From an uncultured Clostridia bacterium (lineage in GTDB: Bacteria; Bacillota; Clostridia; Christensenellales; UBA1242): 64,000 bases of DNA. Under the pieces are notes generated by a model, which worked only from the letters and a program-made list of their open reading frames with translations, had not been told where the DNA came from and made no database searches. Each line of letters begins with the position of its first letter. Positions within the stretch are counted from its first letter, which is position 1. The stretch spans positions 977 through 64,976 of the forward strand of contig CAOJFR010000003.1 in NCBI GenBank assembly GCA_948434855.1. The letters run 5' to 3'. This document shows, piece after piece, positions 46,663-55,405 of this stretch. The translations under genes and the position numbers were made by a program.

Positions 46663-46691
46663 AGACAGGCAGTCATGCTTGTCTTTTTTTT
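46663..46691 (+). terminator. Rho-independent terminator closing the giant-gene operon
   Basis: Stem AGACAGGC / GCTTGTCT (one G-U pair), loop AGTCAT, then TTTTTTT. Confidence 0.8.
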
Positions 46692-46708
46692 GCAAAATGT
46701 GATATAAT
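46679..46708 (+). promoter_or_regulatory. Candidate promoter for lspA; possibly a leaderless transcript
   Basis: TTGTCT, 18 nt, then extended -10 TGATATAAT (46700-46708). The lspA ATG at 46715 is only 6 nt downstream and has no Shine-Dalgarno sequence. Confidence 0.35.
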
Positions 46709-46714
46709 AATAAT

Positions 46715-47203
46715 ATGATAATAGGATTCATTGTTGCCATAGTCAGCATTGTGCTAGACCAGCTCACCAAGTTTTTCATATATGGCACAGCGGCAAAATC
46801 AATAATAGGAAACTTTTTGTGGTTTGAAAGCACTCTCAATACGGGTGTTGCTTTTAGTTTGTTTGAAGGTTTTCCAGTAATATTCATAATCATTTCCAGC
46901 ATAGCATCAGTGCTAATTGGCTGTTTAATAATAAGCAAAAAATATTGCAAGGGCAAAGTCACAAAAATAAGCTTAGGCTTAATTTTGGGTGGAACATTCT
47001 CAAATTTATTAGATAGAATAATGTTTGGTGGCGTGCGTGACTTTATATATTTGAAGTCCATAAATTATGCAATTTTTAATGTGGCAGACATGGCTGTGGT
47101 GTGCGGAGTAATACTGCTTTGCATTTCGCTCATAATATCAATCATAAGAGAAACAAAAACAAATAAAAAGGAAAGTGAAAAAAGTTCAAATGATGAAGCT
47201 TAA
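46715..47203 (+). CDS. lspA: Lipoprotein signal peptidase II
   Basis: NTGVAFS block, FNVADMAV block, 4 TM helices, 162 aa. Confidence 0.92.
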   Translation: MIIGFIVAIVSIVLDQLTKFFIYGTAAKSIIGNFLWFESTLNTGVAFSLFEGFPVIFIIISSIASVLIGCLIISKKYCKGKVTKISLGLILGGTFSNLLDRIMFGGVRDFIYLKSINYAIFNVADMAVVCGVILLCISLIISIIRETKTNKKESEKSSNDEA

Positions 47204-48113
47204 TTCAACAATAATCGTCAAAGACCTGCCAGAAAAGACAAGGCTAGACATTTTTCTTGCCACAGAAACAGATTGGACAAGGTCAGGAATAAAGCAACAA
47301 ATAGATGGTGGCAATGCACTTGTCAACGGAAAAAAGCAAAAGGCAGGTTATCTGGTTAAAGATGGAGATGAAATTACGCTTAGCTTTGAAAAGCCAGAGA
47401 TGAGTGCTGAGCCAGAAGCCATTCCATTAAATATTGTTTATGAAGATGAAGATTATGCAATAATAAATAAGCCTCAGGGAATGGTTGTTCATCCAGCACC
47501 GGGGGCATATAATCACACATTAGTTAATGCACTTTTGTATCATTTTGATAAATTAAGCAGTGGCTCAGATAATATTCGCCCAGGCATAGTGCATAGAATA
47601 GACAAGGACACCTCAGGGCTTTTGGTTGTTGCAAAAAACGATGTTTCTCATGCAAGCCTAGCAGCACAAATAGAAAAACACACATGTTTCAGACACTATT
47701 TAGCACTTTTAGAGGGCAACTTAAAAGAAGATTCAGGAACTGTTGAAACACATATAAGCAGAAATGAAAAAGACAGAAAAATAATGCAGGTTTCAGACTC
47801 TGGCAAACTTGCCATAACGCATTATAAGGTTGTTTGCAGATATAAAGATTATTGCTTGGTAGAGTTTAAGTTAGAAACCGGCAGAACGCATCAAATAAGA
47901 GTTCACGCAAAATATTTGGGACATCCAATAGTTGGTGATAAAACTTACGGAATAAAAAACCAAAAATTTAATTTAGAAGGGCAGTTGCTTCATGCATATA
48001 AGCTAGAGCTAACTCATCCAACCTCAAAGGAAAGAAAAGTTTATGAGTGTGAACTTCCTGCATACTTTAAAAATATTTTAAAAAAACAAGAAAATAACAA
48101 AATAAGCGATTGA
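47190..48113 (+). CDS. rluD: RluA/RluD-family 23S rRNA pseudouridine synthase
   Basis: S4-like N-terminus (RLDIFL), catalytic HRIDKDTSGLLVVAK, and GRTHQIRVH. I prefer the ATG at 47190 over the ORF-track GTG at 47175. It overlaps the end of lspA. Confidence 0.9.
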   Translation: MMKLNSTIIVKDLPEKTRLDIFLATETDWTRSGIKQQIDGGNALVNGKKQKAGYLVKDGDEITLSFEKPEMSAEPEAIPLNIVYEDEDYAIINKPQGMVVHPAPGAYNHTLVNALLYHFDKLSSGSDNIRPGIVHRIDKDTSGLLVVAKNDVSHASLAAQIEKHTCFRHYLALLEGNLKEDSGTVETHISRNEKDRKIMQVSDSGKLAITHYKVVCRYKDYCLVEFKLETGRTHQIRVHAKYLGHPIVGDKTYGIKNQKFNLEGQLLHAYKLELTHPTSKERKVYECELPAYFKNILKKQENNKISD

Positions 48114-48167
48114 CATAAAATTTTACACATTTTATAATAAACATAGAATTAGTTAGGGGGGAATAAA

Positions 48168-48482
48168 ATGGCAGAAAAGAAAACAACAAGCACCACCACA
48201 ACAACCAAAAGGTCAACAGGCTTTAGTTTTAGCTACATATTAAACATTTTGGCATTTGCAGCGGTGTGCATAGGTGGCATTGCGCTTTTTGTTGCAATGA
48301 TCCTAAACAAATGTGGCATAGATGCAAAAATCATAGGAACACTCCAAACCATTGCAAATTCAATAGGCTGGCTTGTTTTGGCACTTCTTTCATTCAAATA
48401 TATTAAAAATAGAAGAAAGATTTGGCTATGGGTAGTTTGGGCAGTTGCAGTTGTAATGATTGTTATCGGAATAATCTTATAG
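48168..48482 (+). CDS. Small membrane protein (104 aa), hypothetical
   Basis: RBS AGGGGGG. T-rich N-terminus followed by 3 hydrophobic helices. Confidence 0.6.
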   Translation: MAEKKTTSTTTTTKRSTGFSFSYILNILAFAAVCIGGIALFVAMILNKCGIDAKIIGTLQTIANSIGWLVLALLSFKYIKNRRKIWLWVVWAVAVVMIVIGIIL

Positions 48483-48491
48483 CTTAAATAG

Positions 48492-48524
48492 TTCAGCCAA
48501 AAATTCGGCTGAATTATTTTTATT
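48492..48524 (+). terminator. Rho-independent terminator
   Basis: Stem TTCAGCC / GGCTGAA with the loop AAAAATTC, then TTATTTTTATT. Confidence 0.65.
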
Positions 48525-48537
48525 AAAAGGAAGAAAT

Positions 48538-48855
48538 ATGAGAAGAGAAATATTAAAATACTTAGATTATGCGAGCTATATTGCGCTGTTAATTGCAACA
48601 GTGCTCATCGTGGTTTTTGAAGTTTCAGCAAATATGCTGTTTTACAAGCTTGGGCTATATATGTATGAAGTTTGTTTTCTGTTGCTTATTGTTTTCACAT
48701 TTTTAAGAATATATAGCGTATATAAAAAGAATGCAGCAGAAGAAGATGCAACATTTTCGCTATCTGCAAGGCAAAAAGTGTTTTTGTTCATAAAACTTGC
48801 ATTAATACTTTTAGGATTCTGCTTAACCACAGTAATGTTAATAAAGTTTAACTAA
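48538..48855 (+). CDS. Small membrane protein (105 aa), hypothetical
   Basis: RBS AAAGGAAG. Three hydrophobic helices. Confidence 0.55.
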   Translation: MRREILKYLDYASYIALLIATVLIVVFEVSANMLFYKLGLYMYEVCFLLLIVFTFLRIYSVYKKNAAEEDATFSLSARQKVFLFIKLALILLGFCLTTVMLIKFN

Positions 48856-48952
48856 GCCTGCTTTGTTTGTGCACATAGAAGTGGTTAAAATCTTGACAAA
48901 AGACAAAAAAGTATATAAAATGATAATGTTAAATTTTTTAAGGAGTAATATA

Positions 48953-50239
48953 ATGACATACAAAATTGGAGAAAAGAAAGACGGCAAACTTATAGTAAAT
49001 TTTGAGCTTAATGCCGCAGAATGGGAAACAGAGGTAGAAAAAGCATACCAAAAAAATAAGGGAAAATATAAATTAGATGGTTTCAGACAAGGCAAAATTC
49101 CAAGAAAAGTGTTAGAAAAAACTTATGGTGAATTTTTGTTTTATGAAGATGCATTAAATATAGTTTGTGACAACAGTTTTTTTGATTTTATTGAAAAAGA
49201 AAAAGATGTTCAAGCTGTTGCATACCCAGACATTTCAGTTAAAAAGTTAGACAAAACTGGCGTAGAGTTTGTTGCAACAATCACACTTCTTCCAGAAGTT
49301 GAGCTTGGTGCATACACAGGTCTAGACATTGAAAAAACAAAAGTTTCAGTAACTGAAAAAGAAGTAACAGAAAAGCTTAAAAACCTTCAAGAAAAGCAGG
49401 CAAGATTTGTAGATGTAACTGGCAGAGCAGCAAAAAATGGTGACCTTATAAACTTAGACTTTGCAGGCAGCGTAAATGGTACAGCGTTTGAAGGTGGCAC
49501 AGCAAAAGATTATGAACTAGAGCTTGGCTCACATTCATTCATTGCAGGGTTTGAAGAGCAACTTGTTGGCATGAAAATTGATGAGGAAAAAGATGTAAAT
49601 GTAACATTCCCAGAAACATATCATGTTAAAGAGCTTGCAGGAAAGCCAGCAGTTTTCGCTTGCAAACTTCTTAGCATTCGTGAAAAACAGATGCCAGAAA
49701 TTGATGATAAATTTGCAGCTGACGTATCAGAGTTTTCAACCTTAGAAGAGCTCAAAAAAGACACAAAGGCAAAACTTACAGAAGAAAAACAGGCTGCTGC
49801 AGATAGAGAGCTAGAAAACAAACTTGTTGAAAAAGTTTGCGAAAATGCCAAGGTAGAAGTTCCAGAAGTCATGGTAACAACACAAATAAGTAGAGCAGTA
49901 GAAGACATGAAAAGAAGTCTTGCAGCACAGGGAATGAGTTATGAAATGTATCTAGCATACATGGGCATGACAGATGAAAAGTTCCGTGAGTCAAGAAAAG
50001 CAGACACAGAAAAACAAATCAAAACAAGTCTTGTGCTTGGTGAACTCGTAAAAAAAGAAGGAATCAAGGCTGAAGAAGCAGATATTGCTGCAAAAATTTC
50101 AGAACTTGCAGAAAAGATGAAAAAATCTGAAAAAGAGCTAAAAAAATCTATGAGCGAGTCACAAAAAGAAGTAATTGAAAATAATATTATTTCAGATAAG
50201 GTTATAAAACTTTTAAAAGAGAAGAATAATATAAAGTAG
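48953..50239 (+). CDS. tig: Trigger factor
   Basis: Start at the ATG at 48953 after AAGGAG, giving 428 aa. Contains [17 protein letters not shown] (ribosome-binding signature GFRxGxxP) and an FKBP-type middle domain. Confidence 0.95.
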   Translation: MTYKIGEKKDGKLIVNFELNAAEWETEVEKAYQKNKGKYKLDGFRQGKIPRKVLEKTYGEFLFYEDALNIVCDNSFFDFIEKEKDVQAVAYPDISVKKLDKTGVEFVATITLLPEVELGAYTGLDIEKTKVSVTEKEVTEKLKNLQEKQARFVDVTGRAAKNGDLINLDFAGSVNGTAFEGGTAKDYELELGSHSFIAGFEEQLVGMKIDEEKDVNVTFPETYHVKELAGKPAVFACKLLSIREKQMPEIDDKFAADVSEFSTLEELKKDTKAKLTEEKQAAADRELENKLVEKVCENAKVEVPEVMVTTQISRAVEDMKRSLAAQGMSYEMYLAYMGMTDEKFRESRKADTEKQIKTSLVLGELVKKEGIKAEEADIAAKISELAEKMKKSEKELKKSMSESQKEVIENNIISDKVIKLLKEKNNIK

Positions 50240-50252
50240 TTTAGGAGATTAT

Positions 50253-50849
50253 ATGAACGAGAAAGATATGCTAATCCCAATGGTAATAGAGCAAACAAAT
50301 AGAGGAGAAAGGTCTTATGACATCTATTCAAGGCTTTTAGAGGATAGAATAATTTTTCTTGATGGAGAAATCACAGACCAAACTGCAAATGTAATAATAG
50401 CGCAGCTAATATATTTAGAGGGCAAAGACCCAGACAAAGATATCATGATGTATATCAATAGTCCGGGTGGAAGCGTAGTTGCAGGCATGGCAATTTATGA
50501 CACCATGAATTATATTAGGTGTGATGTAAGCACAATTTGTGTTGGGCTAGCTGCAAGCATGGCAGCAATACTGCTCTCTAGCGGTGCAAAAGGAAAAAGG
50601 TTTGCATTGCCAAACTCAGAAGTAATGATACATCAGCCACTTGGAGGGTTCCAAGGTCAGGCAAGTGACATAAAAATTCATGCAGAGCACATGATGCGAA
50701 CAAAAAAACTGATAAATAAAATTTTGTCAGACAACACAGGAGTTTCAATAGAAACCATAGAAAAAGATACAGATAGAGACAACTATATGTCAGCAGAAGA
50801 AGCGAAAAAATATGGTTTAATTGACAAAATTTTTGCAAAAAGAGGTTAA
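50253..50849 (+). CDS. clpP: ATP-dependent Clp protease proteolytic subunit
   Basis: [26 protein letters not shown], active-site region GLAASMAA, and MIHQP. Confidence 0.97.
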   Translation: MNEKDMLIPMVIEQTNRGERSYDIYSRLLEDRIIFLDGEITDQTANVIIAQLIYLEGKDPDKDIMMYINSPGGSVVAGMAIYDTMNYIRCDVSTICVGLAASMAAILLSSGAKGKRFALPNSEVMIHQPLGGFQGQASDIKIHAEHMMRTKKLINKILSDNTGVSIETIEKDTDRDNYMSAEEAKKYGLIDKIFAKRG

Positions 50850-50912
50850 TTAAAAACAAGATATACAAAAGATAATATCTTTTTGCATATCTTTGTTTTT
50901 TTAAGGAGAATT

Positions 50913-52241
50913 ATGGAAGACAACCAAAACATAGGAATGCCACCAAGGGGAAGTTGTTCATTTTGTGGCAGGCCAAGAGGCGCATTTAAAGAAATAGTAG
51001 AAAATCCAACTGGCACTGTTGGCATTTGCAGTGATTGTATAAAAATCTGCAGAGAAATTCTGCAAACAGAAGAGCGAAAACGTCAAAAAGAGCATCTTCT
51101 TGCTTTGCCAAGCCCAGAAAAAATCAAAAAAGAGTTAGATGAATACATAATCGACCAAGACAAAGCAAAAGAAGTTTTGTCTGTTGCGGTATACAATCAT
51201 TATAAGCGAATAAACTATATAATTGCCAAAAAGCAAAATCAAGAGCAAGAGTCAGATGGCAAAACAAAAACAAGACAGTTTGAAGATGTAGACCTAGAAA
51301 AGAGCAATGTGCTCATGCTTGGTCCAACTGGTTCAGGAAAAACATTAATTGCAAAAACACTAGCAAAAATATTGGATGTTCCATTTGCTTCAGCCGATGC
51401 CACAACCCTAACCGAGGCTGGCTATGTTGGTGATGATGTAGAAAACATATTGTTAAAGCTAATTCAAGCTGCAGATTTCGACATAAAAAAGGCAGAAAAG
51501 GGCATAATTTATATTGATGAGATAGACAAAATTGCCAGAAAAGGTGAAAATGTGTCAATAACCAGAGATGTTTCTGGTGAAGGCGTTCAGCAATCGCTGT
51601 TAAAAATCTTAGAGAGCACTGTTGCAAATGTCCCACCACAGGGTGGCAGAAAGCATCCAAATCAAGAGTGCATTCAAATAGATACCACAAACATTTTGTT
51701 CATTTTGGGTGGTGCATTCGTTGGGCTAGAAGACATAATCAGAAAAAGAACAGAAAACACCACACTTGGCTTTGGTGGAAATGTAAAAGCAAAAGACCAA
51801 ATAAAACCAAGCGAGCTTTTAGAGAAAGTTGAACCACATGACCTTATAAAATTTGGCTTAATTCCAGAATTTATAGGAAGGGTTCCAATCACAGTAAACC
51901 TTAATGAGCTAGATGAAAAGGCGTTAAAGAAAATCCTAACTGAGCCAAAAAATGCGTTAGTTAAGCAATATAAAAAGCTTTTTGACATGGATGGAATCAA
52001 ATTAGAGTTCACAAATGAGTCAATTTCATGCTTTGCCAAAAAGGCAATAGAGCTCAAAACTGGTGCAAGGGGACTCAGAACAATAATTGAATCAGCAATG
52101 CTCCCAGTAATGTATACTGCTCCAAGCAAAAAAGAAAGCATCAAAAAAATCATTATGGACATAGACAGTTCTAATGACACGCTTGTTGTTCCAACAATAA
52201 TAGAAAAAGAGACAGTAGAAGAAGCTTCAGATATCGCATAG
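50913..52241 (+). CDS. clpX: ATP-dependent Clp protease ATP-binding subunit ClpX
   Basis: Start at the ATG at 50913 after AAGGAGA. Zinc finger CSFCGR...CSDC, Walker A GPTGSGKT, Walker [10 protein letters not shown], and IPEFIGR. Confidence 0.97.
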   Translation: MEDNQNIGMPPRGSCSFCGRPRGAFKEIVENPTGTVGICSDCIKICREILQTEERKRQKEHLLALPSPEKIKKELDEYIIDQDKAKEVLSVAVYNHYKRINYIIAKKQNQEQESDGKTKTRQFEDVDLEKSNVLMLGPTGSGKTLIAKTLAKILDVPFASADATTLTEAGYVGDDVENILLKLIQAADFDIKKAEKGIIYIDEIDKIARKGENVSITRDVSGEGVQQSLLKILESTVANVPPQGGRKHPNQECIQIDTTNILFILGGAFVGLEDIIRKRTENTTLGFGGNVKAKDQIKPSELLEKVEPHDLIKFGLIPEFIGRVPITVNLNELDEKALKKILTEPKNALVKQYKKLFDMDGIKLEFTNESISCFAKKAIELKTGARGLRTIIESAMLPVMYTAPSKKESIKKIIMDIDSSNDTLVVPTIIEKETVEEASDIA

Positions 52242-52287
52242 CCTGTTATTTTTGGAAATAAAGAATACTAGGTGTGGGCAAAATCCA

Positions 52288-52390
52288 CTTGTCATTCTGA
52301 GCAGCCACTTTTGGTGTCGCCTGAAAAAACTTAACCAAAAGTCTTTGTCATTCTGAGCAGGGCACTTGTGCCCGTCGCCGAAGAATCTCT
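52288..52390. repeat. Two tandem copies of a short repeat-like element (TTGTCATTCTGAGCAG + small hairpin + TCGCC + GAA.AA)
   Basis: TTGTCATTCTGAGCAG occurs at 52289-52304 and 52345-52360. The second copy is followed by the palindrome GGGCACTTGTGCCC and GTCGCCGAAGAATCTC. Confidence 0.6.
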
Positions 52391-52412
52391 TAAAATCTAA
52401 ATGCCATACAAA

Positions 52413-52465
52413 AAATCAATACGAGTTGTTTTTCATATTTAGTTAATTCGTATTGATTTTTTTTT
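52413..52465 (+). terminator. Long-stem hairpin plus T-run, probable clpX terminator
   Basis: 12-bp perfect stem AAATCAATACGA / TCGTATTGATTT with a 23-nt loop, followed by a run of T. Confidence 0.55.
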
Positions 52466-52503
52466 GCACGAATGATATTATATTTTTATAAGGTAAATAG
52501 AGT

Positions 52504-53085
52504 ATGAATATAATAAAAACCGCCACCTTTTTAAAATCAGTGAGTGATTTTACGGGCTATAAAGGGTTTAATGTTCCAGAAATCATAATTGTTGGCAGAA
52601 GCAATGTTGGAAAATCCAGCATAATCAATATGCTTGCAAACAATAAAAAGCTTGCAAAAGTGTCAGCAACACAGGGCAAAACCAAACTTGCCAATTTTTT
52701 CATGTTCAACAATGAGTTTGTTTTGGTGGATCTCCCAGGTTATGGCTATGCAGAGGCGGGAAAGTCAGAGCAAAATAGGTGGAAAAACATGATGGATGGC
52801 TATTTTAAGGTCAGCAAAAACCTAAAAATGGCAATACTTCTCGTAGACATTCGTCATAAGCCAACAGAGCAAGACATAGAAATGTTAGAATACTTTGTTT
52901 TTAATGGAATTGCGGTAACAGTTGTTGCAACAAAATATGACAAAATAAAGCGAAGTGAAAAGATGCAAAAACTCAGTTGTATTGCAAATACGTTTAATAT
53001 GGGAACGGGCAACATAGTTTTAACGAGTTCAGAGAGTAGTTTTGGCAAACAAGAATTAATAGATAGAATATATCAGTTTATATAG
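52504..53085 (+). CDS. engB: Ribosome biogenesis GTPase EngB/YsxC
   Basis: G1 motif GRSNVGKSS, G3 motif DLPGYGYA, G4 motif TKYDK. 193 aa. Confidence 0.93.
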   Translation: MNIIKTATFLKSVSDFTGYKGFNVPEIIIVGRSNVGKSSIINMLANNKKLAKVSATQGKTKLANFFMFNNEFVLVDLPGYGYAEAGKSEQNRWKNMMDGYFKVSKNLKMAILLVDIRHKPTEQDIEMLEYFVFNGIAVTVVATKYDKIKRSEKMQKLSCIANTFNMGTGNIVLTSSESSFGKQELIDRIYQFI

Positions 53086-53094
53086 GGAGAAATC

Positions 53095-53793
53095 ATGAAA
53101 ATTTATGCAATAAGCGATTTGCATTTAAGCTTTGCGTGCAATAAGCCAATGGACATTTTTGGTGGAAATTGGGAGGGTTACACAGACAAAATCAAGGCAA
53201 ATTGGCAGGCAAAGGTAAAGGAAGAAGATATAGTGCTAATTGCTGGTGATATCAGCTGGGCAATGAAGTTAGATGAGGTCCATGAAGATTTAGCATGGAT
53301 AGACAAGCTTAACGGCACAAAAATAATAATTAAGGGCAACCATGAATATTGGTGGAATTCCATTTCAGCAGTAAGAAGCATACTTCCGCCAAGCATAAAA
53401 GCCATACAAAATGACGCAATAAAAATAGGAAACTTTGTGTTTTGTGGCACAAGAGGCTGGGTGGTTCCAGAGCCAAATAAAATGCTATCAGAAGAAGATG
53501 AAAAAATTTATAAAAGAGAGCTAGAAAGGCTAAAATTAACCTTAACTTATGCCGATAGCTTAAGGGAAGAGGGCGATAAGCTCATATTAATGATGCATTT
53601 TCCACCATATAACTTGCAAAAGCAAGACAATGAAATCACAAGCCTAATAGAAAGCTATGGCGTAAATAAAGTAGTTTTTGGACACCTTCATGGCTACACA
53701 AAGTGTGACAAGCTCACAGAAAAAAATGGAGTAAAATATTATTTTACGTCATGCGACCACATAAACAACGACCCCGTGCTGTTATATGAGTAA
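53095..53793 (+). CDS. Calcineurin-like metallophosphoesterase
   Basis: MKIYAISDLHL, GDISW, GNHEYWW, and GHLHG metal-ligand blocks. Confidence 0.8.
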   Translation: MKIYAISDLHLSFACNKPMDIFGGNWEGYTDKIKANWQAKVKEEDIVLIAGDISWAMKLDEVHEDLAWIDKLNGTKIIIKGNHEYWWNSISAVRSILPPSIKAIQNDAIKIGNFVFCGTRGWVVPEPNKMLSEEDEKIYKRELERLKLTLTYADSLREEGDKLILMMHFPPYNLQKQDNEITSLIESYGVNKVVFGHLHGYTKCDKLTEKNGVKYYFTSCDHINNDPVLLYE

Positions 53794-53813
53794 AATTCTA
53801 ACAAAATATATAA

Positions 53814-53845
53814 AAAAGCAGGTATAATGCCTGTTTTTCTTTTTG
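53814..53845 (+). terminator. Probable rho-independent terminator
   Basis: AAGCAGG-TATAAT-GCCTGTT imperfect stem followed by TTTCTTTTT. Confidence 0.45.
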
Positions 53846-53940
53846 CAATAAAATAAATGTAAGCCTAAAAAATCAGGCAAAATTCGTTAAAACCCCTCAA
53901 AAAGGGCAGTTATTAACAAAAATGTTAATAACTTTGTTAA

Positions 53941-53960
53941 AAAAGTGGTCAAAAGTGGTT
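53941..53960 (+). promoter_or_regulatory. Candidate MraZ operator: direct repeats AAAAGTGGT with 10-bp phasing
   Basis: AAAAGTGGTC (53941-53950) and AAAAGTGGTT (53951-53960), with degenerate 10-mers on both sides. They lie immediately upstream of the -35 box of the mraZ promoter. Confidence 0.5.
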
Positions 53961-53968
53961 AAAATCTA

Positions 53969-53997
53969 TTGCAATTTGCCATTCATTTCAATATAAT
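53969..53997 (+). promoter_or_regulatory. dcw-cluster promoter (Pmra)
   Basis: TTGCAA (53969-53974), 17 nt, TATAAT (53992-53997), ~30 nt upstream of the mraZ RBS AAGGAGGAG. Confidence 0.6.
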
Positions 53998-54028
53998 ATA
54001 TTTATAAACTTATAAAGGAGGAGTACCT

Positions 54029-54448
54029 ATGCTCATTGGAACCTATCGTCATAGTTTAGATGCAAAGAAGCGTATGCGTATGCCTTCAAAGTTTAAAACA
54101 GTGCTCGGAAATGATTTTATAATCACAAAGGGCACGGCAAACAATTTGTTTGTTTTTGCAAAATCAGAATTTGACATTTTGTATAACAAACTAACAAGTT
54201 TGCCACTTTTTGATGAAGAGGCACAAAAACCAATCAGAAAGTTTCTTGCATCAGCCTATGACACAGAGGAAGATCCTCAGGGAAGGGTTTTGCTTCCAAA
54301 AGAGCTCGTAGCCTATGCAGAAATAACAAAAAACATTGTGCTAATTGGCGTTGGAAATCGTGTAGAGATATGGGCAGAAGAGGTTTGGGATAAAACAAAC
54401 GCAGAAACAAAAACAGATTTCAGTGTTCTAGGAAAGCTTGGAGTATAA
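54029..54448 (+). CDS. mraZ: Transcriptional regulator MraZ
   Basis: MLIGTYRHSLDAKKRMRMPSKF and a second SpoVT/AbrB-like half with DPQGRVLLPKEL. 139 aa. Confidence 0.95.
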   Translation: MLIGTYRHSLDAKKRMRMPSKFKTVLGNDFIITKGTANNLFVFAKSEFDILYNKLTSLPLFDEEAQKPIRKFLASAYDTEEDPQGRVLLPKELVAYAEITKNIVLIGVGNRVEIWAEEVWDKTNAETKTDFSVLGKLGV

Positions 54449-54449
54449 A

Positions 54450-55382
54450 ATGACAGAATTTTTGCATATTCCAGTGTTAAAAGAGCAAACAATTAGCCTG
54501 TTAAATGTCAGAGACGGAAAAACATACATAGATTGCACACTCGGAGCGGGTGGGCATTCATCAGAAATATTAAAAAGTGCAAAAATTAAGCAGTTAATAG
54601 GAATAGACCAAGATGAAGAAGCACTTGCCGCCGCAAAAATAAATTTAGCAGAGCATAAAAATGTAACGTTTGTCCATGGAAATTTCAGAGACATAGACCA
54701 AATCTTAAATAATCAAAAAATAAGTTTGGTTGACGGAATTTTGGCTGATATCGGCGTCAGTTCCTATCAAATAGATAATGCTGAAAGAGGTTTTTCGTTC
54801 AGACAAAACGCAAGGCTAGACATGAGAATGGACGTTTCTCAAAATTTCTCAGCCTATGAACTGGTAAATGAATATTCAGAGGAAGACTTAACACGAATAA
54901 TCCGTGATTATGGCGAAGAAAAGTTTGCAAAAAGCATAGCAAGACACATAGTTAAGGCAAGGGAAGTTAAAAGTGTAGAAACCACAAATGAATTAGCAGA
55001 CATAATACTAAGCTCAGTCCCACGCTATCGTGGTCAAGATGGCAGAAGCAATGTTCAAAGAACATTCCAAGCCATAAGAATAGAAGTAAATCACGAACTA
55101 GATGCACTTTCAGAGTTCATAGACAGTGCGGTTAAAAGGCTACATGTTGGTGGAAGGCTAGCAATAATATCGTTCCATTCGCTAGAAGATAGAATAGTAA
55201 AGCAAAAATTCAAAGAATATTCCACAGGTTGCATTTGTCCACCAGATTTTCCAATCTGTGTGTGTGGACACAAAGCACAAACAAAACTCATCACCAAACA
55301 CCCCGTTGTTGCCGAAGAAAATGAATTAAAGCAAAATTCAAGGTCAGCAAGTGCAAAACTAAGGGTGCTAGAAAAAATATAA
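54450..55382 (+). CDS. rsmH: 16S rRNA (cytosine1402-N4)-methyltransferase RsmH (MraW)
   Basis: HIPVLKEQ, DCTLGAGGHS, DIGVSSYQ(I)D, and SFHSLEDR. I chose the ATG at 54450 after GGAG; the ORF-track start at 54438 is TTG. Confidence 0.93.
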   Translation: MTEFLHIPVLKEQTISLLNVRDGKTYIDCTLGAGGHSSEILKSAKIKQLIGIDQDEEALAAAKINLAEHKNVTFVHGNFRDIDQILNNQKISLVDGILADIGVSSYQIDNAERGFSFRQNARLDMRMDVSQNFSAYELVNEYSEEDLTRIIRDYGEEKFAKSIARHIVKAREVKSVETTNELADIILSSVPRYRGQDGRSNVQRTFQAIRIEVNHELDALSEFIDSAVKRLHVGGRLAIISFHSLEDRIVKQKFKEYSTGCICPPDFPICVCGHKAQTKLITKHPVVAEENELKQNSRSASAKLRVLEKI

Positions 55383-55405
55383 AGAATCACTAAGGAGAAA
55401 GTTGT

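Noticed and set aside
14383-46691. Classification of the T4SS-like locus as an ICE, integrated plasmid or prophage
   Set aside because: No integrase or recombinase, relaxase, replication, partition, capsid or terminase genes are present, and there are no flanking direct repeats. Both borders are plain terminators next to housekeeping genes. This rests on motif inspection only, so a cryptic relaxase or hydrolase domain inside the giant ORFs cannot be excluded.
52242-52503. Possible lon pseudogene remnant between clpX and engB
   Set aside because: The spacer is only ~260 nt. No frame shows Lon-like motifs, and repeats and a terminator hairpin fill the segment.
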